Shown in pieces: positions 39,426 through 48,566 of a stretch of DNA of 64,000 bases (position 1 is the first letter of the stretch; the number at the start of each line of letters is the position of its first letter). The notes under the pieces were generated by a model, which saw only the letters and a program-made list of their open reading frames with translations, made no database searches and had not been told where the DNA came from. Position numbers and translations under genes: made by a program. Origin of the DNA: Polyangiaceae bacterium (GTDB taxonomy: Bacteria > Myxococcota_A > Polyangia > Polyangiales > Polyangiaceae); contig CBDCTZ010000016.1 of assembly GCA_965222375.1 (NCBI GenBank), positions 800,001-864,000 of the forward strand, written 5' to 3'.

Positions 39426-40783
39426 GGCGCTCCGTGCTGCAGCGTCGCGTCGGGGCTGGAGGTTTCCGGCAGGATGCCCAGGGTCCGCCGCATGCTGGCC
39501 AGCTTGACTTCAGTCTCTGCCAGCTCGTGCTCGACCTCGGAGCCGCGGACCAGTCCCGCGCCCGCGAAAAGCTCGGCGCCAGAGGGATCGACGAGTGCCG
39601 AGCGCAACGCAACGGCGAACTGCCCCCGGCCCTCGGCATCGAACCAACCGATTGGGGCAGCGAACCAGCCGCGCTCGAAGCCCTCCTGTTCCAACAGAAA
39701 CGCCAAGGCGTCCTTGCTCGGCACGCCGCACACCGCCGGAGTTGGGTGCAGTGCATCGACCCAGTCCAAGACGTGTGTGCCGGGTGCGCTCGCTAGGATT
39801 GGCGTGGTCAGGTGGTGCACGTGGCGCAGGGTGCGTACATGCCGCTGAAGCGGCGATACCACCTGGGCGTGGCCATCACGCAACGCGCGCTGAATTGCAT
39901 GTACGACGTATTCATGCTCCCGAGCGTCCTTTTCGGAATCCATGAGTGCTGCGATTTCTTCCGAGTCGTTGCCGCGGCGAGGTCGGGTGCCAGCGACCGC
40001 TTCGGTTTTCAGTGCACGCCCGTCGAAGGCAACCAGCACCTCCGGGCTCGCGCCCAAGAACGTCTTGCGCTGAGCACTCACGGCGAAGTGCACCGGCGCC
40101 GTTTCGCTCGTGAGGCGCCCTAGTGCTTTGGCAACCGAGACCCGTCCCGTGGCGCGGGCGGCGCGCACCACCACGACTTTTTCTAGGTTGCCAGCATCGA
40201 TTTCCTCGAGGGCAGCCTGCGCTGCGCGCCGATAGGCGACAACGCCGCTTTCTTCCATGCGCAAGGGCGTCTCGTCCTGGGGCTTCTTGGCGAAGGTTCC
40301 AAGTACGCTGCGGACCTCTTGATACAAAGGTCCCGGTGCCAACAGTTCGGCTCGGGTCGCTACTAGTTGCGCGGTCACGGTGCTTCCCCGTCGCACCAGG
40401 TTCCAGCGCGGAAGAACGAAGCGCGCGTCGCCGAAGGCGCGAAATGCGCCGAGCCGCCCGGGGGTGAAGGCCATGCCACCCATCAAGCGGGGCTGCGCAT
40501 CGCCTACGATCTCCAAGTTGGAGAAGAGCTCCCTGGCGCCGGCGCGTAAGCTGTCAACAGGGGCGTGGCCGTGCGCACGGACCACAGCTTGAGCACCGAA
40601 CCCCACCGAGAGCACGCCTTCGCTGCCGTGAGCTGCGGCCGCATTCCACAAGAAGAGCTCCCTGTCGTCGGATACGACTGCCAGCGGGTCGACGGCGACG
40701 TGTCCGCCGACGCTGATCAACCGATCATCGGCGCGAACTGCCGCCCGACGCATTGCTTCCGCGAGCGCCGCCGAGAAATTCAT
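39422..40783 (-). CDS. menF: isochorismate synthase
   Basis: KVVV, GASPE, EAVAGT, KDAREH, LHPTPAVCG, FAGAGLV, ETEVK. Confidence 0.93.
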   Translation of the reverse strand: MNFSAALAEAMRRAAVRADDRLISVGGHVAVDPLAVVSDDRELFLWNAAAAHGSEGVLSVGFGAQAVVRAHGHAPVDSLRAGARELFSNLEIVGDAQPRLMGGMAFTPGRLGAFRAFGDARFVLPRWNLVRRGSTVTAQLVATRAELLAPGPLYQEVRSVLGTFAKKPQDETPLRMEESGVVAYRRAAQAALEEIDAGNLEKVVVVRAARATGRVSVAKALGRLTSETAPVHFAVSAQRKTFLGASPEVLVAFDGRALKTEAVAGTRPRRGNDSEEIAALMDSEKDAREHEYVVHAIQRALRDGHAQVVSPLQRHVRTLRHVHHLTTPILASAPGTHVLDWVDALHPTPAVCGVPSKDALAFLLEQEGFERGWFAAPIGWFDAEGRGQFAVALRSALVDPSGAELFAGAGLVRGSEVEHELAETEVKLASMRRTLGILPETSSPDATLQHGAP

Positions 40784-41493
40784 GGCGCCGTCCCCACGAA
40801 CAGGTTCGCTGCTCCGAAGGTCAGTGGGTTGGCGTCAACGGGATCGAACCCAGCTTCTCGCATCATCTCGGCGAATTCCGAACGCCGCGGAAAGGCCGCA
40901 ATGGATGACTGCAGGTAGCGATACTCCCGATTACCCGAGAGGAGGCCGCCGACGGTCGGCACGACGGTTCTTATGTGGAATCGAGCCAGGCCACGTAGCA
41001 GCCCCTCCTCGGGTTCCCCGAGTTCGAGCACGGCGACGCGTCCGCCGGTGCGGGTGACCCGGCGCATTTCTCTGAGGCCTAACGCGCGGTCCGCTGCGTT
41101 GCGGATGCCAAAGGCGATGGTGACACCGTCGAAGCTGCCGTTCGCGTAGGGCAGAGACTCCACGCTTCCTTCGTCGAGGTTGATGCGCGAGGCCATGCCC
41201 GCGCGCTCGACTTTGTCTTGGCCAATCGCGAGCATGCCTTTGGACGGATCGATGCCGACCACATCGGCCTCGGGCAGCAAGCGAGCGATGCCGAGGGCCA
41301 GGTCCGCGGTCCCGGTGGCGACATCCAGCACGCGGCAAGAACCCGACAACTGCAGGCTTGCCACGGCCCGCTTGCGCCAGCCCTGGTCGATGCCCAGAGA
41401 CAGCACGCGGTTCAGGAAGTCGTAGCGAGGGGCGATGGCGTCGAACATCTGCCCGCTGCCCGGTTGGACGGGGCTACTCGGAGTGTGGGTCAT
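40780..41493 (-). CDS. menG: demethylmenaquinone methyltransferase (UbiE/MenG)
   Basis: MFDAIAPRYDFLNRVLSLG, LDVATGTAD, IAFGIRN, YRYLQSSI. Confidence 0.95.
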   Translation of the reverse strand: MTHTPSSPVQPGSGQMFDAIAPRYDFLNRVLSLGIDQGWRKRAVASLQLSGSCRVLDVATGTADLALGIARLLPEADVVGIDPSKGMLAIGQDKVERAGMASRINLDEGSVESLPYANGSFDGVTIAFGIRNAADRALGLREMRRVTRTGGRVAVLELGEPEEGLLRGLARFHIRTVVPTVGGLLSGNREYRYLQSSIAAFPRRSEFAEMMREAGFDPVDANPLTFGAANLFVGTAP

Positions 41494-42467
41494 GACGGCA
41501 CCGTCCTCGCGAATCCCAAACTCAGGAGCGCCTCGGGCGGGAGTGCCTGAGCGGCGTCGCTCTTGGCCAGGGCCGGTTCGTCATGCACTTCGACGATGAG
41601 ACCCGCGGCGCCGGCGGCCAGCGCTGCTTGGGCCAGGGGCAAGACCAGGTCCCGCCGCCCGGAAGCGTGCGAGGGGTCGACGATTACGGGGAGGCGCTGG
41701 ACCTTCGAGAGCAGCGCGACCGCACCCAAGTCGAGCAGGTTGCGGGTGCTCTGATCAAAACCGCGAATGCCCCGCTCGCAATACAAGACACCGCTGGCGC
41801 CGTGGGCGAGCAGGTGCTCGCCCGCGTGCAGCCACTCCTCGACGGTTGCGGACATGCTGCGCTTCAGGAGAACCGGCTTCTGCGCCCCACCCACGGCTCG
41901 CAGCAGCGCAAAGTTCTGCATGTTGCGCGAACCCAGCTGCAGGACGTCGGCATGCTCGGCGACGGCTGGGACATCCAGTTCGCTCAGAACCTCCGTCACG
42001 ACGAGCAGGCCGCTTTCATCCGCCGCTGAACGCAGCCAGCTCAAGGCCTCGGTGCCGAGCCCTTGGAAGTCGTACGGGCTCGTCCTCGGTTTGAAAGCAC
42101 CCCCGCGTAGTACTCGGGCGCCGCAGCAGGCCAGCTTCTTTGCGATCCGATGGATCTGCTCTTCGGACTCCACCGCGCATGGGCCCGCCATGAGCGCGGG
42201 CAGGTTCGAAGAAATGCGCAATCCGTTCACGCAGAGCTCGGGCTTCTGGCTCTCGACCCGAGGTCGGTTCGTACCGGGCAGACTCACGGATAGAACTCCG
42301 GGCAGACTTTCCACTGCGTTTGGAGCGACGCGTGCAGATGCACGGCCGACGATCAGGTGGACGATGCCTTTGGAATTGTGCTCGACGCTCTCGATCCATA
42401 GGCCTAATCCGGCCAGATGTTGTTTTGCCGAAGTTACGTCGGCATCTTGTTTCAGCGTGACGATCAT
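41490..42467 (-). CDS. aroF: DAHP synthase type I-beta with short N-terminal regulatory domain
   Basis: AGPCAVES, GGAFKPRTSPYDFQG, GSRNMQN, CERGIR, DPSHASG, IVEVH. Confidence 0.93.
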   Translation of the reverse strand: MIVTLKQDADVTSAKQHLAGLGLWIESVEHNSKGIVHLIVGRASARVAPNAVESLPGVLSVSLPGTNRPRVESQKPELCVNGLRISSNLPALMAGPCAVESEEQIHRIAKKLACCGARVLRGGAFKPRTSPYDFQGLGTEALSWLRSAADESGLLVVTEVLSELDVPAVAEHADVLQLGSRNMQNFALLRAVGGAQKPVLLKRSMSATVEEWLHAGEHLLAHGASGVLYCERGIRGFDQSTRNLLDLGAVALLSKVQRLPVIVDPSHASGRRDLVLPLAQAALAAGAAGLIVEVHDEPALAKSDAAQALPPEALLSLGFARTVPS

Positions 42468-42474
42468 GGGGGGC

Positions 42475-43017
42475 TCAGGCTTGACGGGACTTGCGGCCCG
42501 CGAGGTTCAGGAGGTCACCGAACTTCTGGAAGTCGGCCTGTTGGGAGCGAACGAAGGAGTCGATCACCGTCTGGGCGACGACCGCGAAAGAGACGAGCTG
42601 CCCGAGCCGATCCACGACGTGGGCTTGTTCCGGGCTCTTGGCTGCGCTCTGGGCCAGTCCGGCGGCCTCTTCGAGGCGCTTGCGCACGGATTCTGCCAAG
42701 AAGCGTTCACGCTCGTTGACGACTCGGGAGATCATCTTCCAGAAGTCCGTCTCGGCTTCGTAGAACTCCTTGCGCTCTCCCGGGCGCCAGACCCGACGCA
42801 CGACGCCCCAGCGCAGGAGCTCGTTTAGGCTGGTCGAAGCCGTCCCTGCAGAGACGCGCAAGGCGGCGGCGATCTCCGAGGCCGCTCGGGGCTCCCGCTC
42901 CAGGTACAGGACCGTCCAAATTCGTCCCAGAGCAGGGCGAAAGCCCCAGTAGTCGATCACGTCTCCGATCGCGTCCGCGGCTACCAGAGTGGCTCTTCTC
43001 AGCTGTAAATCGGCCAT
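42475..43017 (-). CDS. GbsR/MarR-family transcriptional regulator heading the men operon
   Basis: YWGFRPALGRIWTVLYL, SAGTASTSLNELLRWGVV, PGERKEFYEAETDFW. Confidence 0.88.
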   Translation of the reverse strand: MADLQLRRATLVAADAIGDVIDYWGFRPALGRIWTVLYLEREPRAASEIAAALRVSAGTASTSLNELLRWGVVRRVWRPGERKEFYEAETDFWKMISRVVNERERFLAESVRKRLEEAAGLAQSAAKSPEQAHVVDRLGQLVSFAVVAQTVIDSFVRSQQADFQKFGDLLNLAGRKSRQA

Positions 43018-43022
43018 AAAAT

Positions 43023-43050
43023 AGAACTTTCAAAACTTTCTGAAGCTTCT
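43023..43050. promoter_or_regulatory. imperfect inverted repeat, candidate GbsR-family operator
   Basis: AGAACTTTCA-N8-TGAAGCTTCT (8/10 complementary), 5 nt upstream of the regulator start. Confidence 0.55.
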
Positions 43051-43073
43051 GTAGGGCGAAAACTCCAAGCGGT

Positions 43074-43337
43074 CAAGGCCCCACCCGGGTTGATGTGCGG
43101 GCCGGGCCAAGGCCCCACCCGGGTTGATGTGCGGGCCGCACCCCCGGTTGTCCCCACCCGGGTTGATGTGCGAGGCGCCCCACCTGAGTTGATGCGCCCG
43201 ATGCGACGCCTAGAAGGACCCGGGTTGATGTACAGGGCGCGGGCGCTTTCATGGGTCCCGGGTTGCGGAGCGGCGGCGCTTGGGCGCTGGGGTCGCGAAG
43301 GTGCCGGGTTGCGAAGGTGCCGGGTTGCGAAGGTGCC
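43074..43337. repeat. degenerate direct-repeat array
   Basis: Core ACCCGGGTTGATG-like units at 43083, 43117, 43156, 43182, 43218, 43256; then GCGAAGGTGCCGGGTT x2.7 at 43295-43337. Confidence 0.9.
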
Positions 43338-43386
43338 CCGCCGGGGTGTCTGGCGCTTGGCCGTCCTCCCTGACACTCTGGTGGGG

Positions 43387-45219
43387 ATGTACGTCTGCCC
43401 CGAGTGCGGGAGGAGCGCCGCCGCCGGTGGATTCTGCACCGAGGACGGCGCCACTCTGGAGCGAGCCCAAGATCCGCTATTGGGTTCGCTGGTCGGAAGC
43501 TATCGCATCACTCGCTTGGTCGGATTCGGGGCCATGGGGGCCGTGTACATGGCGGTGCACCCCGGCATCGGCAGTCGCGTCGCGGTGAAGGTGCTCAACC
43601 AGGATCCGTCTCGAAGCCCCGCTTTGGTGGATCGGTTCTTTGCAGAGGCGCGAGCCGTGAACCTGATTCGGCACGAGCACATCGTCAACGTACTAGATCT
43701 GTCGCAGCTGCCTGATGGTCGCCCGTACATCGTCATGGAGTATTTGGACGGCGCGCCCATGGCCGCGTTGTTCGAGGCAGGCTCCGTTCCCATTGGCACC
43801 TTGGCTCGCGTTGTAGGCGAGGTGCTCGACGCGCTGGGCTCCGCGCACGACAAAGGTGTGGTGCACCGGGACTTGAAACCCGACAACCTGCATGTGACGC
43901 CAGCGGGGCACGTCAAGGTCCTCGACTTCGGTATCGCGAAACTGCGATCCGAGGCACCCGGTTCGGGCACGCGGACGGGGTCCCTGCTCGGTACTCCGCA
44001 CTACATGTCCCCGGAACAAGCGCTAGGCAAGGGCGTGGATGCGCGGGCAGATCTCTATGCCATCGGTGTAGTTCTGTATGAGGGCGCCACGGGCCAAAAA
44101 CCCTTCGATGCGCCGGCACTGTTCGACCTGTTGCGCAAGCACGTCGAGGAGCCCCCGCGCCCCCCCACCCAGCTGCGCCCAGACCTGCCCCCTGCGTACG
44201 AAAGCGTGATCCTGAAGGCGATGGCCAAGGATCCGGCTGCCCGATACCAAACTGCTCAGGAGTTTTCTCAAGCACTGCTGGACGCGACCCGTTCGTTGCC
44301 GGATTCGGCGTGGGCGCCGGTTTCAACCGGTGGTGCTGTGGCGGCAGCCATGCAGTCCCGAGCGCGATCTGGGATCCGCTCCACCGCGCCGATGCAGGAA
44401 GTGCCAGCCAATGCCGGCGCCGCTACGAGCCCGACCGTTCCCAGCGCCGGCACCTACGCCGGTGCGTCCTTGCCGGCGGCGGCTGCGACCCCAGTTCCGA
44501 AGAAGAGCGGCATGGGTTACTTGCTGGCGGCGATCGGGGCTGTTGTGCTGTTGGCAGGCCTGCTCGGGCTTGGGGTGGTTGTGCTCGTCGGTGGCTTCTT
44601 GGTTAGCGAGGATTCAACCGCATCTGCCCCCGGTGCGCCCGACCCGGCAGAGCCTTTCGCCGTGAGTGATCCGGAGGCTGATGATGACGACGATGACGAC
44701 CCGCTCGTGCTGCCCGGGTTGCCAAAGCCGGGTCCCAAGGTGGACATCAAGAACTTCGACGTGTGGGCGTTCTTTCCTGAGGCGGAGCGGATTTCGAAAA
44801 CTCACGCTGCCGATGCACGCTTCGTCCGTTTAGATGCCTCGGGAATCAAAGCGAACGGCAAGGTCGATCTCAGCTTCGACATGTCGAGCAGCGTGCTGTA
44901 TCGCTTTCGTTCGCCCTCCCTTTCGGTTCGGCCCGCGGGGCACCCCGACAACGCTCCGTTCAAGAGCAAGTGCTACGTCTACGTGAACGTCGCCAAGGAC
45001 GGTGTGACGTCGTTCCTCGCCCAATGGACCTGCGACATGCCGTTCCTCCCCAAGCCGCGTTGCTCCCCAGTTCAGGTTTGGAACCGCGCTGAAGCCATGG
45101 GCGCCCCCAGGGGAAACCTGATCGGTAATCTAGGCTACTGGGCGGATTCGCGCGGCCGTGGGCGCTGGCACGTCACGATCCGACCGAGCTTCAGCAAATG
45201 GGTACCCGACTCGTGCTGA
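43387..45219 (+). CDS. Hanks-type Ser/Thr protein kinase (Zn-ribbon-like N-terminus, TM, extracytoplasmic domain)
   Basis: CPEC/CTED, GFGAMG, VAVK, HRDLKPDN, DFG, GTPHYMSPEQ. Confidence 0.95.
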   Translation: MYVCPECGRSAAAGGFCTEDGATLERAQDPLLGSLVGSYRITRLVGFGAMGAVYMAVHPGIGSRVAVKVLNQDPSRSPALVDRFFAEARAVNLIRHEHIVNVLDLSQLPDGRPYIVMEYLDGAPMAALFEAGSVPIGTLARVVGEVLDALGSAHDKGVVHRDLKPDNLHVTPAGHVKVLDFGIAKLRSEAPGSGTRTGSLLGTPHYMSPEQALGKGVDARADLYAIGVVLYEGATGQKPFDAPALFDLLRKHVEEPPRPPTQLRPDLPPAYESVILKAMAKDPAARYQTAQEFSQALLDATRSLPDSAWAPVSTGGAVAAAMQSRARSGIRSTAPMQEVPANAGAATSPTVPSAGTYAGASLPAAAATPVPKKSGMGYLLAAIGAVVLLAGLLGLGVVVLVGGFLVSEDSTASAPGAPDPAEPFAVSDPEADDDDDDDPLVLPGLPKPGPKVDIKNFDVWAFFPEAERISKTHAADARFVRLDASGIKANGKVDLSFDMSSSVLYRFRSPSLSVRPAGHPDNAPFKSKCYVYVNVAKDGVTSFLAQWTCDMPFLPKPRCSPVQVWNRAEAMGAPRGNLIGNLGYWADSRGRGRWHVTIRPSFSKWVPDSC

Positions 45220-45389
45220 GCGCCGACTCACTTGCTGGCGCGTAGGGTCTTGCCCTTGTTTGGGTGGACGGCGAGGTCAAGTAGATGTGGGATGTGCGTC
45301 GGTACCCAGGCTCCACCCTGCCCGCTTGGCCCAACGCATGCCTGAACTCTGGCCGCATCCCAGCGCCAACCCGGCGTCGCGACCGGGCC

Positions 45390-46331
45390 TTACTCGATCT
45401 TGGAGAAGCTCATGGCGCCATCGCGCATGTAGCGGCGATAGGGCCGCCCCAAAACCGAGTCCGTCGAGATCGTTCCGACACTTCGACTGTCTACCGAGTT
45501 GGGCCGGTTGTCGCCCAGAACGAAGACGTGACCCTCAGGCACGCGAAGCTTGGCTGTGGGGCCGTCCCCGGGCCCCAGGACAATCCCATGGGTCGTGCCC
45601 AGCACCTCTGTATGCGCCAGGGCGCTCTGGCATGCTGGTTCCTTGGCGGGCTCGACCTTGGCGGCCTCGCTGTTGACGGTGACGCGCCCCTTGGGATCCA
45701 CTTCCACTTCTTGTCCCGCGACGGCGACGACTCGGTGCACAAATGCCATGTTCTTACCGCCTTCGTAGACGACAATGTCCCCTCGGGCGGGTGAGCCGCC
45801 GCGGTACGCCGTCTTGTCCACGAACATCTGGTCGCCAACCTGCAACGTGGGGCACATGGCCGCGCTCGGTACCTTGAACGCCTCGATGCAAACGGCTCGT
45901 ACCGTCGCGCTCATGGCGACGGGAGCGATCAGCCAGGTGAACCCGCACACGCCGGCGAAGATGAACCACATCTTCGTCGCCTGCTCCTTCTTGGGGAGGC
46001 GATAGGCATCGAATGCGCATGCGGCCAACCATGCGAAAGTTGCGATGACCACGGCGGGCAACGCGACCATCCACCAAGCACTCAGGACCGTGAATACGAG
46101 CCACAGGCTGAGCAGCGCGAGCAAGAAGTAGATGCCGCGACGCGCGTGCCCGCGCAGTGCATGCCCTAGACCCGGCAAGAAGAGTGTGGCAATCAGCGCG
46201 AGTAGAGACCGCTCCGACCCGGGTGCTCCCTGTTCCGAAAGCTCGATCGAGTCCTGGCCTTCGAGCCCCTCGACGGCGGCGAGGTCATCGAGCTCCTGCC
46301 GCTTCTCGAGGCTTTGGATCGGGTCACTCAT
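45390..46331 (-). CDS. signal peptidase I (S26) homologue with multi-TM N-terminus, catalytic Ser replaced
   Basis: PGLGH membrane motif; FKVPSAAMCPTLQVGD, RGDIVV, FVHRVVA, GDNRPNSVDSR. Confidence 0.85.
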   Translation of the reverse strand: MSDPIQSLEKRQELDDLAAVEGLEGQDSIELSEQGAPGSERSLLALIATLFLPGLGHALRGHARRGIYFLLALLSLWLVFTVLSAWWMVALPAVVIATFAWLAACAFDAYRLPKKEQATKMWFIFAGVCGFTWLIAPVAMSATVRAVCIEAFKVPSAAMCPTLQVGDQMFVDKTAYRGGSPARGDIVVYEGGKNMAFVHRVVAVAGQEVEVDPKGRVTVNSEAAKVEPAKEPACQSALAHTEVLGTTHGIVLGPGDGPTAKLRVPEGHVFVLGDNRPNSVDSRSVGTISTDSVLGRPYRRYMRDGAMSFSKIE

Positions 46332-46346
46332 CAGGCAGCACGTCGC

Positions 46347-47288
46347 TCAATTCGGGAAGACGATACCGCGGAAGTCCTTGGATCTAAAGGGCAAATCGAG
46401 ACGAGGTCGGCGTGGCATGGCCGCCTGAACGATGTGGGGTCGCCTCGCGAAGCGCGTGGGGTACACGTTATAATAGAATAGGATGTCCACCCCGGGTTCG
46501 GGACTGAATTCGAGCTGTCTCTGCAGCGCAGGATCGATACAGGCGTCGATGGCATCTTCGACGGCGTTTTCGTTGAAGCGCGTCGGAGTTATGTACTCAT
46601 CACTCTGCATCGGTCCACTACTCGGGACCGGCGAGTTGCCATTCAGCCAGAGTGACACTTCGTCTTCTGCTGAAAACGGATCGACCAACTTGCCGTTGTG
46701 CCAGACGTTGTAGTGCACGTGGGGCACATTCCAGGGGAAGGTGAACAGCATGTCGATACCCGAGGCGCCGCTCAGAGCTATGGGCTCTCCGCGCTGCACC
46801 ATGTCGCCTTGCTGCACTAGTGCCCGGCCCAAGTGATTGCTGGAGGTGAGCAGGCCATCTCCGTGATCGATCAGGATCTTGAGCCCACCTCGGTTGAATT
46901 CACTAGAAATGCGCGCAACTCTCCCGGGGGCCGCCGCGACCACGACCGTACCCACGGGAATCGCGAAGTCGGTCCCGTTGTGACTATCGTAGGTCAGCGT
47001 GCCGCCGCGAAAATCCCGGGCTTGGGTCTTTCGCACCGACCAACCCAAATCAGGATCTGTTTGGGTGTGGTTGAACAGATTATAGACGGGTATCAAACCG
47101 TCTTTGCGCGCCCTCCGTGTCCACGTCGCCAGCGCCAGGGTCGGCCGAAATACGCGGAGGCTAGACAGTCCGAAGCGGCTCTTGGGGGTCAGAGGATCCC
47201 CACCGAGCGCTAGCTGTACTTCACGCAGGGCTTTGGACCAGGGTGAGAGTCCAAATACCTCTGCCACGGTCAGGGGTTGATGGGACAC
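46347..47288 (-). CDS. M23-family metallopeptidase
   Basis: YDSHNGTDF, VVAAAPG, HVHY; start approximate. Confidence 0.88.
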   Translation of the reverse strand: MSHQPLTVAEVFGLSPWSKALREVQLALGGDPLTPKSRFGLSSLRVFRPTLALATWTRRARKDGLIPVYNLFNHTQTDPDLGWSVRKTQARDFRGGTLTYDSHNGTDFAIPVGTVVVAAAPGRVARISSEFNRGGLKILIDHGDGLLTSSNHLGRALVQQGDMVQRGEPIALSGASGIDMLFTFPWNVPHVHYNVWHNGKLVDPFSAEDEVSLWLNGNSPVPSSGPMQSDEYITPTRFNENAVEDAIDACIDPALQRQLEFSPEPGVDILFYYNVYPTRFARRPHIVQAAMPRRPRLDLPFRSKDFRGIVFPN

Positions 47289-47382
47289 GCGGCCAGGCGT
47301 CCCGCTTTGGCGTCCTGCCGTCAAGTTGGCGCTGGGCGGCAGGCCTGGGCCATGAGAACACGGCGTGTTATCCCCAAAGGTG

Positions 47383-47685
47383 ATGCATGGGCGCTGGCCA
47401 GCTGCTGCCACTGCGCTGGTACTTACGGCTTGTGTGGTCGGTGCCGAGCGGCGCCCGACCATGGAGCAAAGCCGCCCCGTGCCTCCCCGCCCCGACGAGC
47501 GTAGCTCGGCGGGGGATCTGTTGGTGGGGGGCCCACCCGAGCCTGGACGGCAGGTGCGACCGCCCAAGCCCGATCCCGACTCGGTGTGGGTGGAGGGTTC
47601 TTGGGGTTGGGATGGCGTACGCTACGCGTGGCAGCCTGGGCGCTGGGAGCCCAGATGTCCGAGTTGGGTCAGGGTTCGCCGCTGA
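47383..47685 (+). CDS. small YXWGXW-repeat lipoprotein
   Basis: Lipobox LTAC; WVEGSWGWDGVRYAWQPGRW. Confidence 0.7.
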   Translation: MHGRWPAAATALVLTACVVGAERRPTMEQSRPVPPRPDERSSAGDLLVGGPPEPGRQVRPPKPDPDSVWVEGSWGWDGVRYAWQPGRWEPRCPSWVRVRR

Positions 47686-47692
47686 ACGTGAG

Positions 47693-48484
47693 TCAGAGGT
47701 CGGTGGTGCCGCGGATGCCGATCATCAGCCACTGATGCATCCCGGTTTGCTCGATGTCGTTGTCTTGGCTTGCGCCGCCGCCCGAGAGTTTGACCTTGCT
47801 GAATTGCCCCAACGTTAGTGCTGCGAAGGGGCCCAGGGCGCTGTTGGGGCCCGTGGCGAAGTCCAATCCGAGTTGGCCGTTGACGAACTCGAAGCCACGC
47901 AGCTGCGTGTCCGTGTTGTTCACGGTCCCGCTGAACCACTCGTAGCCGATGCCGGCGCCGAGCCAGAAGCTCGTGGCTCCTCCGGGATTGGTGAAGTAGT
48001 GGAACTGCGCGCCGAGTCGCACGTCCGTTCCGGAACAATCCGCTCCGTCGGGACAACCGGGATCGCCCGGCGCGTCCGCACTCTCGAAGAGAAGAAAGCC
48101 TACCGATGCATAGAGCCCTACGAGCAACTTCGGTGAGATCTTGTAACCGAGATCCAGCCACACTGGGATTTGCCCAACCAGGCCATCGCTCAGGTCGACA
48201 TCTTGAATGGACTCGCCAAGCGGGAGCCCAAAACCCAGGCGCAGACCGATTTGAACGGACCCGGCGCCGCCGCTATCGCCCCAGCCGCCACTGGAGCTGC
48301 CTTGGTAGTCCCACTCGCTTGAGGAGTCGGCGTCTTCGCCTCCTGGGTTTTCCTCGGGCGCATCGGGATCGCCTTCCTCTTTGGGAGGTAGCACCTCGAT
48401 GATCTGACCGTCCGAGGTTTGGGCGGTTGCCGGAGCGGCGAAGGTCAGTCCGACAGCGAAGCTAATGATGCCAAGGCGGCGCAC
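47693..48484 (-). CDS. outer-membrane beta-barrel protein
   Basis: Signal peptide ATA-Q; alternating beta strands GLRLGFGLPLG, WLDLGY, WLGAGIGYEW. Confidence 0.75.
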   Translation of the reverse strand: MRRLGIISFAVGLTFAAPATAQTSDGQIIEVLPPKEEGDPDAPEENPGGEDADSSSEWDYQGSSSGGWGDSGGAGSVQIGLRLGFGLPLGESIQDVDLSDGLVGQIPVWLDLGYKISPKLLVGLYASVGFLLFESADAPGDPGCPDGADCSGTDVRLGAQFHYFTNPGGATSFWLGAGIGYEWFSGTVNNTDTQLRGFEFVNGQLGLDFATGPNSALGPFAALTLGQFSKVKLSGGGASQDNDIEQTGMHQWLMIGIRGTTDL

Positions 48485-48566
48485 GTTGAAATCATCGCCG
48501 GCCCGAGGACAAAGCGCCAACTTTTGAATGATTCGGGATCGAATCCCGCAAAGGTCGCAGCGCTGA

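Noticed and set aside
40825..40860. tRNA-like T-arm sequence (GGGATCGAACCC)
   Set aside because: Lies inside menG coding sequence; no cloverleaf can be built
43074..43337. CRISPR array or TIGR-like guide array
   Set aside because: Inter-repeat segments are short and irregular, repeats degenerate quickly, and no cas or Nop-domain gene is in the window
43090..43386. N-terminal extension of the kinase through the repeats (709-aa ORF call)
   Set aside because: Translation is repeat-derived and Arg/Pro-rich; the ATG at 43387 directly precedes the Zn-ribbon as in the other kinase
45340..45353. 14-nt match to 59738-59751 (GCCAGAGTTCAGGC, opposite strand)
   Set aside because: A match of this length is expected by chance in 64 kb of GC-rich DNA
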